Source of the DNA: Octopus vulgaris | Lineage: Eukaryota | Assembly (NCBI GenBank): GCA_951406725.2 | Contig: OX597815.1 | Span: 203,918,001 to 203,982,000 of the forward strand | Length of the DNA stretch: 64,000 nucleotides | Reading direction: 5' to 3' | In this document: positions 40,112-52,845 of the stretch, in pieces | Layout: every line of letters starts with the position of its first letter | Numbering within the stretch: position 1 is the stretch's first letter | The notes under the pieces: model-generated | What the model was told of the DNA's origin: nothing | Database searches by the model: none | The model's input: the letters and a program-made list of their open reading frames with translations, nothing else | Made by a program: the position numbers and the translations under genes

Positions 40112-41929
40112 ACATATATACATTATACATATGCATATATACATATAAATACTCACACAGGTATATATATATATGTACATATATAAACACATCCAGACAA
40201 GATATTAATTATACTAATAAGAAAACAAATACCGATTTACTCGAATCTATTGGCTAAGATACCGACCAATAGATGGCGCTTTAAGGGTCTGGAAATCGTT
40301 CCGGTTTGCGTGGAAGGCTGCTATATTTCTTCCCCTTTTTAAATATGCATGCACACGCACGCACACACACACATGTACACACACACGCACATACACACTC
40401 GCACATACACACACATATTCGTATACACACATACATACATGCATGCATACATACAAACATACATATATACATATATACATATATACATACATATATACAT
40501 CCACATATACATATATATATTTATATATACATACATATTTATATATACATATTTATATATATTTATATATACATATACATATTTATATATACATACATAT
40601 ACATATATATGTGTGTGGTGTGTGTGTATGTATGTATTTACGAAATGCACTCCATATTCCATATTCTGAAGTTGATACGGTTGACAACCATTTCTAAATA
40701 TATGAACTTTAATTTATTGTTATTATTGTTTATTTTGTGTTTTTGGAATTTTATTTTATTTATTTAACCTTTTTTTTTTTCGTAACCTATAGAATTACAG
40801 TGTCAATAACTGGATCGTGATTACAAGACTAAAAAGGATTCTGTTATCCAAATCGCATCGTGCTTACTCTTTCACCTCTCGTATCATCAAGTCAGTAACG
40901 TACGAACGCTGGCTGCACTCGATTTTCTATACCCTCTTCTCCACATTCTCGACATCCTCTTCAGCCTTCTTCAGCCTTCTTCACTCAGTTCCTCCCCATC
41001 ATCACACTCACCATGATCATAGGGATTATCATCATCATCGTCGTCGTCATCGTCGTCAACGCCTTCGTCATCGTCATCGGACTCGTCCCTTTCATCTTCG
41101 TTGTTATCGTCATCATCATTATTATCTTCGTCGTTTTGATCATCATCATCACCACCACCAAAATCATCATCATCCTCTTCACCATCATTATCATCATCAT
41201 CACCATCATTATCGTCGTCGTCGTCGTCGTCATAGTCCTCCTCTTCGTCGTCTTCTTTTAACGTTTAGTTTTCCATTTTTGCATAAATCAGATAGGATTT
41301 ATTAAAGCATATTTACTCCATCAGAATGTCCTTACTTTCACAAATCCCCCAAACAATCTTATTTCCCCCATAACTGGACATATATTGTGGAAGATCAGAA
41401 GTGAATGACACCGCTTATATGACGGTGAGAATTTTTTACATTTATTACGGTATATCAGAAAGAAGCACACGCACAGACGCATACCTACCTACCTACCTAC
41501 CTACCTACATACATAAATACATACATACATACATACATACATACATACATACATACATACATACATACATACATACATACATACATGCATACATGTATGT
41601 GTGTGCATTAAATGCATATATATTGGAGCTGGTTCTTTTTGTTTGTTTCTTTGTTTTTTTGTGCCCATGTGTGCGTCAGTGTGCAAGTGTATATACATCT
41701 GTATGTATGTATGTATGTATGTATGTATGTATGTATGTATGTATGTATGTATGTATGTATGTATGCATGTATGTATGTATGTGTTTGTATTTATGTATGT
41801 ATGTATGTATGTATGTATGTATGTATGCATGTATGTATGCATGTATGTGTACGTGTATTTTTGTGTGTACGCATGTTTAAATGTGTCTATGGACGTGCAT
41901 CCGTTATGGATGGATGTGTGAATAGAGGG

Positions 41930-42175
41930 TGCTTTTAAAGACAAGGAGACGATATACATAGGTGAGACATCTAGAAGATCATTTGAGTCAGTATGAGGAC
42001 AGAAAACATTCCTCCATACTTTATCATTATGCAAAAGCCCATTGTGGAGACACACTGGGTCAACTTGACATCCCCATTTTACTCAAGCACCCAAAGTCCC
42101 CAACACTCAGACAAATACAGGAGTACGTCCTCGTAAATGAAACATACCCAGTACTAAATAGTAAATATATGTAGA
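41930..42175 (+). pseudogene. PLE GIY-YIG endonuclease fragment
   Basis: IYIGETSR then (frameshift) H..SSILYH...H...I.IL....LRQIQE..V....P.LN. Confidence 0.75.
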
Positions 42176-42223
42176 AGGTAGTCATACACCAATACCCACG
42201 TAAGTAGAGTTGTTAGGAGGCTG

Positions 42224-42261
<38 letters not shown>

Positions 42262-42409
42262 TGAAATAGAAAGATGAATAATCTTGTTGCAGATTAATCA
42301 AAAGTTTAACCGATACCTTGGTAGCAAAAATCACAGCAGAAGACAGCACGGTTGGAGGTACAACCATATGGTGTTGCAACCGTGCGTTGGTGCGGATAAT
42401 TGAATTTTA

Positions 42410-42670
42410 ATATTATTAGTGAATTGAAGAAATGGAGTTGAACGAAGATTGAACAGAAATCGTTTTATTGCATTCTACACGTGTATCGAAAGGCACAATT
42501 TACCAAATTCCGATTGAATAAGGAGACCATATTTCTTCCTGAAGTGAAAGACACAATATGGTCTCCTTATTCAATCGGAATTTGGTAAATTGTGCCTTTC
42601 GATACACGTGTAGAATGCAATAAAACGATTTCTGTTCAATCTTCGTTCAACTCCATTTCTTCAATTCACT

Positions 42671-42678
<8 letters not shown>
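42410..42678. mobile_element. Perfect 124-bp fold-back palindrome with variant hammerhead (42536-42615, +)
   Basis: Arms 42410-42533 and 42555-42678 are identical; TTC-CTGAAGT-GAAAGACACAA..TTGTGCCTTTC-GATAC-ACGT-GTA-GAA then AATAAA. Confidence 0.8.
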
Positions 42679-42746
<68 letters not shown>

Positions 42747-42849
42747 TGAAGCCTATTTTATTGTGTCTGGTGAGAGATATCTTCTTTTAGTGCCTTATCA
42801 TTAATCAACACACACACCGATTCGATTTCCACTCATTTATTTAGTTTTT

Positions 42850-42886
42850 CTAAACTTTTCGTTGCGTCTTGCAAACTTGTCAATAG
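42850..42886 (-). ncRNA. Minimal hammerhead, U3-A8 core variant
   Basis: CTA-TTGACAA-GTTTGCaagacGCAAC-GAAAAGTT-TAG, within PLE-like repeat ~42745-42920. Confidence 0.6.
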
Positions 42887-43098
42887 TCGTTGAATCTGTC
42901 CGTTATCAGTGCTGCGTTCTTTTTGGGTTTTTTTTGTTTCTACGCATGTGTGTGCGTTAGTGTTCATGTGTATATCGATATGTATGTATGTATATATATG
43001 TATGTATTATGTATTTATGTATGTATTATGTATGTATGTATGTATGTATGTATGTATGTATGTATGTATGTATGTATGTATGTATGTATGTATGTATG

Positions 43099-43134
<36 letters not shown>

Positions 43135-43392
43135 CACATATATACATGTATATGTATATATATATATATATATATATGTGTGCATGTATGTATGTATGTA
43201 TGCATGTGTGTACGTTTGTATGTATGTATTGTGCGTATTCATGTGCTTCTGTGTTCATGTTTGTGTTTGTATGTGTGTATATGTGTATATGTGTGCTTGT
43301 CTGTCCGCATTAACTATGTACCTATCTATTTATCTATCTGTTTACTTACATATCTATTTACCTATACATACACACATACACACACACACACA

Positions 43393-43741
43393 CAATAAGG
43401 GAGAATGACTCACCCCCAGACACAATAGTATATATATTATTATGTCTGGGGTGAGTCATTCTCCCTTATTGCCTTATTACTTAACACTCCCCTGTTTCAT
43501 TTCCACTTTTTTTACTTACTCTTTTACTCTTTTACTTATTTACTTGTTTCAGTCATTTGACTGTGGCCATGCTGGAGCACCGCCTTTAGTCGAGCAAATC
43601 GACCCCGGGACTTATTCTTTTTGTAAGCCCAGTACTTATTCTATCGGTCTCTTTTTTTTGCCGAACCGCTATGTGACGGGGACGTAAACACACTAGCATC
43701 GGTTGTCAAGCAATGCTAGGGGAACAAACACAGACACACAA

Positions 43742-43776
<35 letters not shown>

Positions 43777-44010
43777 CACATATACGACAGGCTTCTTTCA
43801 GTTTCCGTCTACCAAATCCACTCACAAGGCATTGGTCGGCCCGGGGCTATAGCAGAAGACACTTGCCCAAGATGCCACGCAGTGGGACTGAACCTGGAAC
43901 CATGAGGTTGGTTAGCAAGCTACTTACCACACAGCCACTCTTTTTCTAAAATTTTCGTTGCGTCTTACAAACTTTTCAATAATCCTTGACTCTGTCTATT
44001 TACAGAGCGG
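43393..44010. mobile_element. PLE-like repeat (tail-to-tail palindrome 43393-43471), split by SINE A; U3-A8 hammerhead at 43946-43982 (-)
   Basis: Same family as 28536 and 42745; minus TTA-TTGAAAA-GTTTGTaagacGCAAC-GAAAATTT-TAG. Confidence 0.65.
43515..43940 (-). mobile_element. SINE family A, full length
   Basis: Identity to other family A copies. Confidence 0.9.
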
Positions 44011-44229
44011 CGTTCTTTCTGTTTGTTTGCTTGAGTGTATGTGTGTTCACATATGTATGTATGTGTGTATGTATGTATGCATGTGTGTATGTATGTGTAT
44101 GTATGTATGTCTGTGTGTGTATGAATATATATATGTATGTATGTATGTGTCTGTGTACGTTAGATTCACTTCAACATTTAAATTTTTATTTGTTAAAATA
44201 TTTTCGTCGTCTTGAAACCGTACTGCACG

Positions 44230-44287
44230 GAATTTCGTCAGTGAACAGGTCACGGCTTCATAGCGACGAAAATATTTTGACAAATTC
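44230..44287 (+). ncRNA. Minimal hammerhead, G3-C8 core variant, within palindrome 44158-44314
   Basis: GAATTT(C)GTCA-GTGAACA-G-GTCACggcttcataGCGAC-GAAAATATTT-TGACAAATTC; 10-bp stem I with one bulge, AATATT palindrome. Confidence 0.72.
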
Positions 44288-44361
44288 AATTTAAATGTTG
44301 AAGTGAATCTAACGGTTTTTGTGTGTGTTTAAATGGCTTATAAACCACCTTCCACGCTGCA

Positions 44362-44407
<46 letters not shown>

Positions 44408-44430
44408 TGTTTGTTTGTGTGTGTGTGTGA

Positions 44431-44463
<33 letters not shown>

Positions 44464-44494
44464 CGTGTGTATATGTCGGGCTTCTTTCGGTTCC

Positions 44495-45013
44495 AAATAT
44501 AATCACAACTCTATGGTCGACATGCATAAGATCTGGTCATCAAATCTAAGTAGAGACTTCAAACTTGAAATCTTCAAAGCCACAGTCGAACCAATTCTAC
44601 TATATGGCTCAGAAACCTGGACGTTATCAAAGAAGCTTGAGAGGCGGTTGGATGGAACCTACACTCGCCTCCTTATGAGAGCTCGAAATCTCTCGTGGAA
44701 GCGCCATCCAACCAAAATGCAAATATATGGGAAACTACCACCTGTTTCATCTCTTGTGAAAGGTAGGAGAGTCCAGTTTGCTGGACATTGTTGTAGAGCT
44801 GAAAACGAGGCAATTTCTACTCTTCTCCTCTGGAAGCCATCTACTCGCAACACCAGTGGGCGCACACTCTCCTACCCTGATGTAATCTCCAGGGATACAG
44901 GCATCCAGCAACAGGACCTCCGTAATGCTATGATGGACCGTGAAGTCTGGCGTAGCATGGTAAATTCCATTGTCTCGACCACGGTCGAACAATGATGATG
45001 ATGATGATGATGA
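44495..45013 (+). mobile_element. RTE-clade LINE 3' end, open frame, (TGA)n tail
   Basis: KIWSS.L....KL.IF.ATVEPILLYGSETWTL...RRLDGTYTRLLMRA...FAGHC.RA; ends CAATGATGATG. Confidence 0.9.
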
Positions 45014-45314
45014 TTGGTCGACCCGAAATTATAGTAGAAGGCACTCGCCCAAGCTGCCAAGTGCTATGCAGTGCGGTTGAACCAGGGACCGTGTTGGTGG
45101 GAAGCAAGCTTCTGACTTGCGCCTATATGTATATCATTATTCAGTTCTCTTTCAGGATTTCTTGCCAATAGCCGGTTTCTTTTCTAGATCCAAGGCTCCT
45201 TCATGGGAATTTCAGCAACTTATGTATGTATGTATGTATGTATGTATGTATGTATGTATGTGTGTGTGTGTGTGTGTATGTATGTATTTATGTGTGTGTG
45301 TGTGTGTGTATGTA

Positions 45315-45367
<53 letters not shown>

Positions 45368-47126
45368 TTTGGTTTATGTGAATGCCTTCCCCTCTACATG
45401 GTCTAAAAGGTATAAATAAGAGTATATATGTATGTGTGCATGTGTATGTATATTTATATGTATGTGTTTTCAGGTATGTAGGTATTTTAAAAATAGCTTA
45501 CAAAGCAATGATCGTGCTCTGCATAGTTACAGGCTGCCCTTTGGCAAGGCATAGAACCCGTTCAGCCATACTGTCTGAGATCGGGCGAAGTCATGAGATT
45601 GCAGCATGGTCGATCGTGGAAATGAAACAGAAGAGCACAACCTATCCAACGGTGCTTCTTACATTGATGCCAAGGGGAGGAATCCTAAGAGATCGACGGT
45701 CAGGATCTCCAATCTCTATCAAGAGAATAACTGCAACGCATCCATAGGGGTGGCGTCAATGATTATGTAATCACCTAATGAAAGATTCAGTATTACTCAA
45801 GATCCCAATTCAAATTTATAAGGATAGATTTCGACGGCGACAAAGACATGGAAATCCGAGAAGACAGCAGAAAGGAAAATGTATCTCTCTCTTCCTCCCT
45901 CCCCCTCTCTCTTTCTCTTTCTCTCTCTTTATATATATATATACACACACACACATACATACATACATACATACATACATACATACATACATACATACAT
46001 ACATACATACATACATACATTCATACATACATACATACATACATACATACATACATACATACATACATACATACATACATACATACATACATACATACAT
46101 AGACGATAAGTATGCATCGTTGTTGCTGATATATTTTCTTCATAAAATTCCTTGAAGACACGGCATGGTACTGGGCAGTTTTCCCAAACTGTCTTCATAA
46201 TTTTTTTTTTCCTAAGCTATTTTCAAATCCTGTGCAATCTCAAAATACTCTTCTGGTTCTCGATCATGATAATTTCACTTTGGTAATTTAACTTCATGGT
46301 GCGATACACGGTATTTGGTCGTCCATCCATATAACAAGCGTACCTTCCATCGTCATCTAAAATGTTACCCCATTAATGAATCACTGCCTTTGCTGATTGT
46401 ATTCTTCATTATAGCTTCAATTATTTTTCATTTTTGTATTAATCATTGATATAACTAAGTTCAAGGATTCCCCCACGTAAGCCTGACATTCGCCAGCTCC
46501 ATTTCAACACAACGTTCAAATCTTATGCTAAGAGTGAGACTACTCTCTTGGCGCCATAAATGAATTTCAGCACTTTAAATAGCAGACAATTTGTTTTTAC
46601 TTATGATAGATAAAAATTGTTATCAATCTGGGTGCATGTTAAACTATACATGTGTGTGTATGGTAGTTTCTTGCGTTTTATCATAATTTGATTTTCTAGG
46701 AAAACATTTTGGCATTTTTGCGAAACAAAAAACTCTCGTTTATCTTTATGGAGCAACGGGCAGTAAGACAGAAAGTAGGTAGCCCAGATTTTATTTTGGT
46801 ATTTTTCATACTCTTACTATTTTACTTGTTTCAGTCATTTGACTGCGGCCATGCTGGAGCACCGCCTTTAATCTTTCATCTTTAAACTTCTGCAAATTGT
46901 TTGCAATATACTTTTTATTTTCCTTTCTCATTTATACAATAATCTCTATGGAACGAAACTAAATTAAAGAAGTGATGTATCAAACGAAAGGATAATACAA
47001 TACAAAGAATGAGAGTAGAAAAAAGATAGGACATCAGAGACAGTTTATGATAAAACAAACGGCTAAGACGAGTCATCATGACAGCAGAAAGGTGCAAGTT
47101 ACATAGAGTATCGAAGAGAAAGTCAA

Positions 47127-47492
47127 GAGGCGTAGCTGTGTGGTAAGAAGTTTGCTTCCCAGCAACAGAGTACCTGGCTCAGTGCCACTGCGAGCCATCT
47201 TGGCCAAGTTCTTCTACTATAATCTTGGGCTGACTAAACCCTTGTAAGTGGTTTTGGCGGATAGAAACTGAATGATGCCCGCCATGTATATACCCACATA
47301 TATAGAGTGGGTATGTGTGTGTCCGCACGCGACTGCTTGACTACTGATGTTGGTTTCTTTACACACCTGTAATTTAGCGGAAGGGACCAATAGAATACGT
47401 ATCAGGCTTTAAAATGTAGGTACTGGCGTCGATCTATTTCCTTAAACCCTTCAGGACGGTGCCCCAGCATGACTGCAGTCCACCGATTGAAA
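47127..47492 (+). mobile_element. Old SINE family A copy
   Basis: Diverged head GCTGTGTGGTAAGAAG and 3' CCAGCATGACTGCAGTC. Confidence 0.75.
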
Positions 47493-47842
47493 CATATAAA
47501 AAGGATAAAAGATATATGCAGAAAAGATGGCCCTCAAACATAGAGGTGAATATGTGCGACAGTCTAGATAGCCAGACAGAAGGTGAGGAAAGTGGAGAAG
47601 TTTATGAAATGTTCTTCCAAGAAGAAAACGTTGGAGATGATTTAATGCGACACCAATATGAAAAATATATATTTGTTTATCACATTCTGGTGCCAGATTA
47701 TTTTTCAATTTTTTCACATGTTGAAATAGATTGCCCACCAAATTTAAGAAAATTTATAAAATAAGTTATTTCTGCGACTGCCGTCACTAATTATAACGAT
47801 CTTGAGATTTCAAGGAATATAATGTCTCTAACAGAAGCTTTA

Positions 47843-48242
47843 TCTTTATATATAAAAGTGAGGTTGTGTGCTGTTTGTCTCCTACGATTTAGATTCCTAA
47901 CTACTCCCACATTTTGCGGTGCAGTTTAACCAAAACTGGGTATCTTATAGTCGTGATTCATATCGAGCCCTTCTGGGTATTAGCGCGCGTCTACGATGAG
48001 TCTACGATTTAAAAAAACATTACCATCATTTTTTTCCATTTTAATGCATTTTTTTCGCTATTATATAAGGGAAGTAACTCTCTAAAAATGTCTACGATGA
48101 GTCAACGATTTAAAAAAAATTTACCATCATTTTTTTTCCATTTTTAATGCATTTTTTTGCTATTTTTTGGCTATAACTCTCTAAAAATGCTTATATAGTT
48201 ATTTCCCTTACAAACCCGAGCAACGCCGGGCGATACTGCTAG
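47843..48242 (+). mobile_element. Non-autonomous Helitron, complete
   Basis: A|TCTTTATATATAAAAG ... CCCGAGCAACGCCGGG-CGATACTG-CTAG|T; internal ~100 bp direct repeat. Confidence 0.9.
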
Positions 48243-48546
48243 TAGTAAATAAATCCTGAACGGGGGTATTAATATAACCGTTGGACTTTTTCATCGCCTC
48301 GACAAGTAAAAATATAGCAGGTCACAGCTGAACAGTTCTCCTAGTTCGATGTTTTGCCGTGTCTCTTATGTGAGAATTCACACCTATCAGGTATTTGCAG
48401 ATTAAATTGCAGATGTTGAAGCAGTGGTCCCTTGCACGGAAGCGCAACTGAGAAGGGATAGCTATGTTGTACGCAAGAAAGACACTCACATAAAACCTAC
48501 TAGGATCAACTTATCTCAAGTTCCAGGTACTAAGAACGCCCACTGT

Positions 48547-48667
<121 letters not shown>

Positions 48668-48821
48668 TTATTTATCTATCTATCTATCAATCTAGCTAGC
48701 TATATATCTATCTACCTATCTATACCCAATTATATATATATATATAAGAAAACACAACAACGCAAGGACGTGGAATAAATAAAGTATTATTGGACGCTCA
48801 GGAAAGAAGGGAAAAAGGAGG

Positions 48822-48856
48822 GTTTAACGTTTCGAGCGGAGCTCTTCGTCGGAAAC
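48822..48856 (-). ncRNA. Minimal hammerhead (U4C) in PLE-like end 48745-48930
   Basis: GTTT-CCGACGA-A-GAGCtccGCTC-GAAACGTT-AAAC; same family as 53432. Confidence 0.68.
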
Positions 48857-48980
48857 ATAGGAGAAGGAAAGATCCCGAGAAGGGAAGACAGAGGAAAAAA
48901 ATCGCCAGTGGTACTCACGAGGTCACATATACATACATACATATATATATACATACGTACACACACATACATACACATAC

Positions 48981-49031
<51 letters not shown>

Positions 49032-49039
49032 CACACATA

Positions 49040-49077
<38 letters not shown>

Positions 49078-49186
49078 TACATATATACATATATATTATA
49101 GGCATGTACAAGTGTTGGCGCCCTCATGTACATATTACAGGCGTGTGTTGTGAATATATGTATGAATATATGTGTGCGTACATGTG

Positions 49187-49218
<32 letters not shown>

Positions 49219-49939
49219 AACATACATGTATACGTCCGTACGCGCCAGCAGGTCATTGACACGAATATGCGGTTGGAAAGAATATGCTTCAGCTAAATCT
49301 TGGCTCAACGTAAGGATACTAGAAACAAAATGATACTATCACTTTAGATTGTTTAATTATGCGAAGAATAGCGAAGAATATAGAGAGATAAAAGCAGGAG
49401 GAGGAAAAGATAGAGGATGAGAAATACAGAGGGCAAAAAGAAGAGACAGAAATGGAAGAAAGGGAAGAACAGACAGTGAGTCAGTGAGAGAGCTATACAA
49501 AAGAGAAGTATCTTTAAGAAATGTAAAATCTAGATAACTATTATGTTTATATTATTAAGAATACTCGAATTCTTTGGACTGTTTGGATATATACGCCGTG
49601 GTTATATTAATGCTCTTACTGGTGGTGATGGAGATAATGGCTATAATAAGACGAGTATGGCGGCGACAGCGATGCTGAAGGACAGATTATTTCCGTAAAT
49701 ACGGCTTTACATCTAAAAATAGTTATTATCATGTGTTTGGAACGATGAACTAGCTAAATGTCAATATTCATGAACATACTAACACAGCTTGACATATACG
49801 CATATGTATATGAGCATTTATGTATGTAGGTGCATGGAAATATTTACACGCGTGTGAACGTATACATATGAATAAATACATAGATCGTAAAATTTATGCG
49901 GCGAGTTTACGTATCTATGTGTGTGTGTATATATATATA

Positions 49940-50167
49940 TATTTCTTTACTACCCACAAAGGGCTAAACATAGAGGGGACAAACAAGGACAGACAAAGGG
50001 ATTAAGTCCATTACATCGACCCCAGTGCGAAACTGGTACTTAATTTATCGACCCCGAAAGGATGAAAGGCAAAGTCGACCTCGGCGGAATTTGAACTCAG
50101 AACGTAACGGCAGACGAAATACGGCTACGCATTTCGCCCGGTGTGCTAACGTTCTGCCAGCTCGCCT
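49940..50167 (-). mobile_element. SINE family B, full length
   Basis: Near-identical to 5700-5932. Confidence 0.9.
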
Positions 50168-50229
50168 ATGTACGTATATATATAGAGAGAGGGAAATAGA
50201 TAAGATGGGGAGAGAGAGATACATACATA

Positions 50230-50900
50230 CATATAAATATGCGCGTGAGTGTATCACCTTGATCAACTTGTCCACCACACTGTCGGACGTCGTTTCGACA
50301 CTGCTAGTCATAGCACATCGTCCATTCCTCTTTAGATCCTGCCTTTCTCATCCATGTACCTCCAGACGCTTGTCGTATTTCGTCAACCCACCGTTTTCGG
50401 GGCCTTCCGAGAGGCCTCCTCCGCTCGCGTGAATACCCCTAGACAACTGCTCAAGTCCACCGATTGTCGGTGAACCGAGCAACTTGTCCAACCCATCTAA
50501 ACTTCTGCCTTCTGTATTCTGTGATCATGTCTCTCACGCCAGATTTCTCTCTGATCGCTTCGTTAATCGGATGTGATCATTCAGTGACACTCCCAACATC
50601 AATCTTTTCATGGCTTTTTTGAGCAGTTAACTCGTTGACCAGCCTTTGCCCCTCTCTCTTTGTCGTGACCCAAGTTTCGCTTCCTTACAAAATTGCAGGT
50701 GAAACTGTGCGGTTGGTGAGGTTGTCCTTTCCAGTTTTCCTTTGAGCACATCTTCGATGGAGTTGAACGCTTTCCATGCGGCCCTTATTCTCCGCAAGAT
50801 CTTCTTTCGCCTCCATGTCTCAGCACATATTCACCTCTTGTCCAAGGTAGATATATTCCTCCACCTCCCCTTTTTCATCGTCTCCTGCCACTATTCGGCC
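50230..50900 (-). mobile_element. RTE-clade LINE 3' portion, disrupted
   Basis: VEEYIYLGQEV, RRIRAAWKAF, GSETWVTTK, MLGVSL.DHI, RW.GQVARFTDNRWT, RPLGRP.KRW. Confidence 0.88.
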
Positions 50901-51142
50901 TATTGCTGAATATTCAGACCCGCATAAACTTGGTTGGCATGGGGTTCATTTTGAGGCTTGTTTCCGAACTTCTGGCGTCCAGATCCGTCGGTATAGCCCA
51001 CGGTCACGACGTACTGAGGCAGTCTGTATTCTTTCCTTCGCTGAAGCAATTGGATCAGAGTGAATATAAAATCCATCGTGCTGTAGTTCTTCTGAAAGCC
51101 TGCTTGTTCCCCTGGTTGTTGTTCATTTAGATGATTTGATAA

Positions 51143-51339
51143 TCATACGGTTCTATATTTAAGAGATGAGGAATTATATACATTATTTACAATTGACGGA
51201 TATTTGTCCTCATTTTGTTTGTTGTTAACACAACGTTTCGGCTGATATACCCTCCAGCCTTCATCAGGTGTCTTGGGGAAATTTCGAACATGAGTTCTCA
51301 TTCCTAAGGTATTTTTCAATGTTGTTGTTGTTGTTGTTA

Positions 51340-51423
<84 letters not shown>

Positions 51424-51469
51424 TCACTGCCTGGAATCGAACTCGGAATCTTGGGTGTAGTAACCCGCG
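51143..51469 (-). mobile_element. Composite element: tRNA-like head + (AAT)n + hammerhead
   Basis: Minus: GCGGGTTACTACACCCAAGATTCCGAGTTCGATTCCAGGC (B box) - (AAT)n - linker - HHR - AT-rich tail. Confidence 0.7.
51227..51272 (-). ncRNA. Minimal type-I hammerhead ribozyme
   Basis: GACAC-CTGATGA-A-GGCTGgagggtatatCAGCC-GAAACGTT-GTGTT; AACGTT palindrome in place of stem III. Confidence 0.85.
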
Positions 51470-51518
<49 letters not shown>

Positions 51519-51598
51519 CAAAGTGAAGTTATAAGGTATCGCACGAGTGGAAATATATATGAAAGAATGTTTGAAAATGCAATTTTAAAAGGTGTTTA

Positions 51599-51646
51599 TT
51601 TACTTGACCGGTTTCACTTTTTTAGAAAACGATTGTCAAAAGTAAA
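51599..51646 (-). ncRNA. Minimal hammerhead, U3-A8 core variant, inside ~40 bp inverted repeats (51558-51768)
   Basis: TTTACTT-TTGACAA-TCGTTTTctAAAAAAGT-GAAAC-CG-GTC-AAGTAAA; perfect 7-bp stem I, ACCGGT palindrome, GUC site, overlapping AATAAA. Confidence 0.78.
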
Positions 51647-51761
51647 ATGTAAAAGCTTTGTTGTGTTAAGTACTGGTTGTCACAAAATATTACAGTACAT
51701 ATATACATTCTTTGATAATAATAAGAACAAACACCTTTTAAAATTGCATTTTCAAACCTTC

Positions 51762-51807
<46 letters not shown>

Positions 51808-51816
<9 letters not shown>

Positions 51817-52005
51817 AATATGTTACATTACTCGATAGTCAAGATAAAACTCTGAGTTTCAGATGCCGAAGTGGAAATCCACAACACCATCTCTTCGGTT
51901 ATCTAGCCAGATAAGCGAAGAGATGGTGTTGTGGATTACCCACTTCGGCATCTGAAACTCAGAGTTTTATCTTGACTATCGAGTAATGTGACATATTATT
52001 GTATA
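51808..52005. mobile_element. Fold-back palindrome with two head-to-head hammerhead-like motifs
   Basis: Minus 51842-51904: AGATAA-CCGAAGA-GATG..CATCT-GAAACTCAGAGTT-TTATCT; the plus copy 51909-51972 has GCGAAGA. Confidence 0.72.
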
Positions 52006-52070
52006 GATAAATTTCCTCTGTTTACATAATATTGAGGTCTCTTTCTTTCTTTTGTTATCTTACCGTTTTA

Positions 52071-52159
<89 letters not shown>

Positions 52160-52249
52160 GAAAGAAGGTTTGAAAATGCAATTTTAAAAAGTGTTTGTTC
52201 TTATTATTATCAAAGAATGTATATATGTATTGTAATATTATATGTATTG

Positions 52250-52295
<46 letters not shown>

Positions 52296-52429
52296 CATAC
52301 ATACATACATACATACATACATGCATACATACACGCATATATATATATAACTATATTAATACAAGAGTAATCAGTAGTTAGCATGCGTAATAAAAGTCAG
52401 AAGACATAAATATTCTTATAATATAAGAG

Positions 52430-52761
52430 TGTATAAAAATGTATACACGAAGAGAAGACCACCATGTGGACTTCTTATATGCTAAAAGGGCAGTCAAATC
52501 CCAAACCACGAAAAACATTCTTATTACTGGCACATTGCTTGTAGCCGAGCAGGACACTTGAATGAATAATAATCTCAGTTAACTCTAACTCTATACTCTA
52601 AATAGAGTTAACTGGGATTTTTATTCATTCAAGTATCCTGCTCGCCTAGAAGCAATCTGCCATTAATAAGAATGCTTGTTCATACTTTGGGATTTGACTG
52701 CCCTTTTTAGTACGTAAGAAGTCCACATGGTGGTCTTCTCCCCGTGTATAATTTTTTTACA
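52430..52761. repeat. Diverged ~330 bp fold-back palindrome
   Basis: GAGAAGACCACCATGTGGACTTCTTA...AGTTAACTCTA versus its reverse complement; no clear HHR core. Confidence 0.8.
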
Positions 52762-52762
52762 T

Positions 52763-52845
<83 letters not shown>

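Noticed and set aside
40817-41305. His/Arg-rich 162 aa ORF
   Set aside because: Degenerate (TCA/TCG/TTA)n microsatellite.
47459-47764. 101 aa acidic ORF
   Set aside because: Begins inside an old SINE A; no recognisable domain.
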